From contig NW_021827961.1 of assembly GCF_006345805.1 (NCBI RefSeq), forward strand, positions 1 through 9,258: a stretch of DNA of 9,258 nt. The letters are read 5' to 3'. The translations under genes and the position numbers were made by a program. The notes below the pieces were generated by a model. It saw nothing but the letters and a program-made list of their open reading frames with translations, did not search any database and was not told where the DNA came from. This stretch comes from Octopus sinensis. Its lineage: Eukaryota. The first letter of the stretch is position 1. The number at the start of each line of letters is the position of its first letter. Below are positions 6,493-9,258 of the stretch, piece after piece.

Positions 6493-7114
6493 TTGTTATC
6501 TGTTTGTCTTTATTTCCTCAACATTAACACCTGCTTTGACTTTAGTATAATTTTACCTTTGGTTTTAATCATTCACTTCCTCAAACCACTTCCTTTGCTT
6601 TGTCGGTCTTTGTAATGTGACGTGTGTCAGGTCACTCCTGAGTGCAATTCGTAACATGACACTCAAGACAACAACTCCTTTGATGTTTTAATCACCGATG
6701 ACTAAACCAGCAGAGTTGCCACAAAGAGGAAGACATAAAGAAGGGCCATCGAAATGTAGGATGAACCCATCAAGGGACCAACAGACACAGCATAGGGCAC
6801 AGAGAATGGCACATATTCGAGTTGGTAAATGAGTGCAAAGTGAAAATAATAAAATAAAAAAAGCACTGGAGGCAATTGAGTGTAAGCTATAGCCAGTGCA
6901 TCCAACTGGGTCATGAAAACCCTTAAAGTGGGTCCTTCTGCGTTTTGTGTGTATAGCCGTAGCAGGCGGTTGCATTTGACAAATCTTCAGGTTTGATCAA
7001 ATAGCCACACAGCTTTGTGAAATCTAATTCAAGATCCTTCCCGGATTATATAGACTCATCTCATAGGATCGTTTTTTGCGGGGTGGGGTGGGGGATCTTG
7101 TGGCGTATATATTA

Positions 7115-7295
7115 CCCCTGGATGGGACGCCAGTCCGTCGAACGTTTACTCAATTTTGCCAGCTGAGTGGACTGGAACATCATGAAATGAAGCGTTTCGT
7201 TCGAGAGGATAACGCGTCGTTCGGTTCAGGAATCGAAATCAGAACCTCACGATGACGCGTCCAGTAACGCTGACCACTAAGCCAGACACTTCCAC
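7115..7295 (-). mobile_element. SINE with a type B head/core and a different 3' module
   Basis: The minus strand shows A box TGGCTTAGTGG (7274-7284), B box GATTTCGATTCC (7229-7240), core GTTCCAGTCCACTCAGCTGGCAAAA, then CGACGGACTGGCGTCCCATCCAGGGG. Confidence 0.75.
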
Positions 7296-7448
7296 GGAAT
7301 CTCTGAGAGGTTTTACTCCAGTATTTCCGTAACGGTTATTTCCATTAAGAAATTAATGGAACATTCGCTTCACGGATATATTAGAGTATAACTCTAGGTT
7401 TCATGGCGAAATCTATCAAAATCGGTCAAAACTGTCAGTCTGCATTAT

Positions 7449-7618
7449 GGAGCAGGACATGGCTGTGAGGTGAAGACATTCGCTTTGCAGCCATGTGGTC
7501 TCGTGTTCAGTCCTGCTGTACAGCACCTTGAGCAAATATTATCTTCTCTAACCTCGGATCGACCAATATCTGCTCAGTTAATTTGGTACGCGGAAATTAT
7601 ATGGAATTCAGCCGCATG

Positions 7619-7649
<31 letters not shown>

Positions 7650-7652
7650 ATG

Positions 7653-7687
<35 letters not shown>

Positions 7688-7730
7688 GTGTTTGTGTGTG
7701 TGTTTGTGTGTTTGTGTGTGTGTGTGTGTT

Positions 7731-7780
<50 letters not shown>

Positions 7781-7977
7781 TGCCTACGGGGGTGCATATG
7801 TTTGTGTTTGTTGCCCCACACACTGACACATTAAATTCAGTTTTGATTTGTTTAGAACCCGTAACTTAGCGGTTCGAGAAATAAGACCAACAAAATAAGT
7901 ATCAGACTTAAAACTTACTGGGGTCGATCTGTTTTACAAAATCTTTCAACGCAGTACTCTAGTATGGCCGCGGTCAA
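7449..7977 (+). mobile_element. SINE type A, full length and strongly diverged, with an expanded internal (TG)n
   Basis: GGAGCAGGACATGGCTGTGAGG head, GTGTTCAGTCC B-box remnant, CACCTTGAGCAAA core, then CCCGTAACTTAGCGGTTCG...GGGGTCGAT...TATGGCCGCGGTCAA in the 3' half. Confidence 0.8.
7618..7780. repeat. (TG)n microsatellite with TTTG interruptions, internal to the SINE
   Basis: Seen directly. Confidence 0.97.
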
Positions 7978-8225
7978 TACATCTTTATAAACATAAAAAG
8001 CAATTTTTGACAATTCCTTCGTCCAGCCCTGGCCATACTTTGCTACTGGAATCAAAGGACCCAGAATAACAAAAAATGTGGATTATGTTGCACAAGTTCT
8101 CCCTTTTCAAAACTACATTACTCGGAAATCAAGAATTTAGGCTCAACTAACGCAAGCTTTTTGGATTCACAGAGGGACGCTGGAGCACTTATAAAAGAGC
8201 CTGGGATATCGTGCATCTACTATCG

Positions 8226-8426
8226 TTTACCCTCTTTTTTGATTTAGTTAGACTGCAGCCATGCTGGGGCCCCGTCTTGAAGAATTTTTAGTCGAATGAA
8301 TCGATCCCAGCACTTACTTTCTTTTTTTAAATCTCGGTACCTATTATATCGGTTTCTTTGCCGAACCGCGAGCTTACGCGGACGTAAACGCACCATCACC
8401 AGTTGTCAAGCGGTAGAAGGTGACAA

Positions 8427-8515
<89 letters not shown>

Positions 8516-8676
8516 ATGGGCTTTTTTCAGTTTCCGTCTACCAAATCTACTCACAAGGCCTTGGTGAGCCCAAGGCTTTAATAGAAAACACTTACCTAAG
8601 GTACCACACAGTAGAACTGAACCTGGAACCATGTGGTTGGGAAGCAAGCTTCTTACCACACACAGCCACGCCTGCG
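8226..8676 (-). mobile_element. SINE type A, full length
   Basis: The minus strand starts GGCGCAGGCGTGGCTGTGTGGTAAGAAGCTTGCTTCCCAACCACATGGTTCCAGGTTCAGTTC. It is colinear with 4590-4969 through to the tail. Confidence 0.92.
8427..8513. repeat. (CA)~43 microsatellite internal to the SINE
   Basis: An AC run with a single G interruption at 8451. Confidence 0.98.
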
Positions 8677-8833
8677 CCATTATAATACATTTTTGTAATT
8701 AAATACTATTTGGGATTGTGTAAAACAAAATTCTTAATATTTTGTGTGTATTGAAGAAGTATAACCAATTTGTGACCCTTAAAATCTTTTATGGACCCCT
8801 AAGGGTCACATGGATCCCCGCTGAGAATCATTG
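8677..8833 (-). mobile_element. hAT-like MITE end, copy B (same family as 3176-3584), truncated by the adjacent SINE
   Basis: The minus strand reads CAATGATTCTCAGCGGGGATCCATGTGACCCTTAGGGGTCCATAAAAGATTTT...AAATTGGTTATACTTCTTCAATACACACAAAATATT...TACACAATCCCAAATAGTATTTAATTACAAAAAT. This aligns to 3176-3216 and 3364-3550. Confidence 0.7.
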
Positions 8834-8940
8834 CTCTGCACGGTCGTTGAACCTGCGAGAAATAGCTCACAAAACACTCTCAAATCTCTTTATTTACCAA
8901 ACCGTTTGCCTCTCGACTCTCTCACTCCGCCCATGCAACA

Positions 8941-9025
8941 GCACCCCACCCCCACCCCCACCACCACTACATCCCCGTCCCCATCACCTTGAAGAAGAAC
9001 AACAACAACAGCAACAACAACAGCT
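8941..9025. repeat. C-rich (CCCCA)/(CCA) tract followed by (GAA)/(CAA)/(CAG)n
   Basis: Seen directly. Confidence 0.85.
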
Positions 9026-9149
9026 GTAGTATGTTGACAAGAGAACCTTGAGATATACACGCACGCGTGTGTGTGTCTGTGTATGTGCGTGCGTGTGCGT
9101 GTGTATGTATATGTGTGGTCGTCTTACCTTGAGACACACACACCTTGAC

Positions 9150-9258
9150 AACCATCACCACCGTCACCATGATCACCTTCATCTTCATCAATACCCCCAC
9201 CACCACCACCACCACCACCGCCATCGCCACCAACACCGCCATCACCACCATTATCACA
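9150..9258. repeat. Degenerate (CCA/CAT/CGC)n triplet tract running off the window edge
   Basis: ACCATCACCACCGTCACCATGATCACC...CACCACCACCACCACCACCACCGCCATCGCC. Confidence 0.85.

Noticed and set aside
6702-6914. Hydrophobic minus-strand ORF resembling a membrane transporter segment (GPLMG)
   Set aside because: The hydrophobicity follows from the T-rich composition, there is no acceptor AG upstream within the frame, and the motif is too short to assign.
7080-7094. G-quadruplex at GGGGTGGGGTGGGGG
   Set aside because: Only three G tracts are present, with no fourth run of three or more nearby.
7981-8045. Minus-strand 65-nt exon candidate (AKYGQGWTKELSKIAFYVYKD)
   Set aside because: The acceptor is reasonable, but the donor GTATTG is weak and lies in the decayed SINE tail.
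3176-8833. Composite 5.66-kb transposon bounded by the two inward-facing MITE ends
   Set aside because: The outer 8-bp flanks (AACTATAT and CTCTGCAC) do not match as a TSD, both ends are the same end type, and no transposase lies between them.

Overview
This is eukaryotic, AT-rich, repeat-dense non-coding DNA (intronic or intergenic). The repeat families resemble octopus SINEs as I recall them, so an Octopus genome is inferred but not proven. I cannot support any protein-coding gene, RNA gene or CRISPR array. Nearly all supplied ORFs are artefacts of microsatellites or SINE bodies. The window holds (i) full or partial copies of three tRNA-derived SINE types (seven of type A, two of B, two of C) plus small fragments; (ii) a 365-bp non-autonomous Helitron on the minus strand with intact A|TC...hairpin-CTAG|T termini (5469-5833); (iii) two related copies of a hAT-like MITE end (3176 onward on +, 8833 backward on -); and (iv) many micro- and minisatellites. 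The best observation is that the palindromic 19-bp x9 minisatellite at 3193-3372 sits inside one MITE copy. The second copy, 5.5 kb away, still has the unexpanded single unit, which is in-window evidence that a minisatellite arose from a transposon subterminal motif. Other points of interest are inverted SINE pairs (possible ADAR substrates), microhomology deletions, a chimeric SINE, a template-switch inversion, and a few weak candidate small exons. I see no convincing new multi-gene system.
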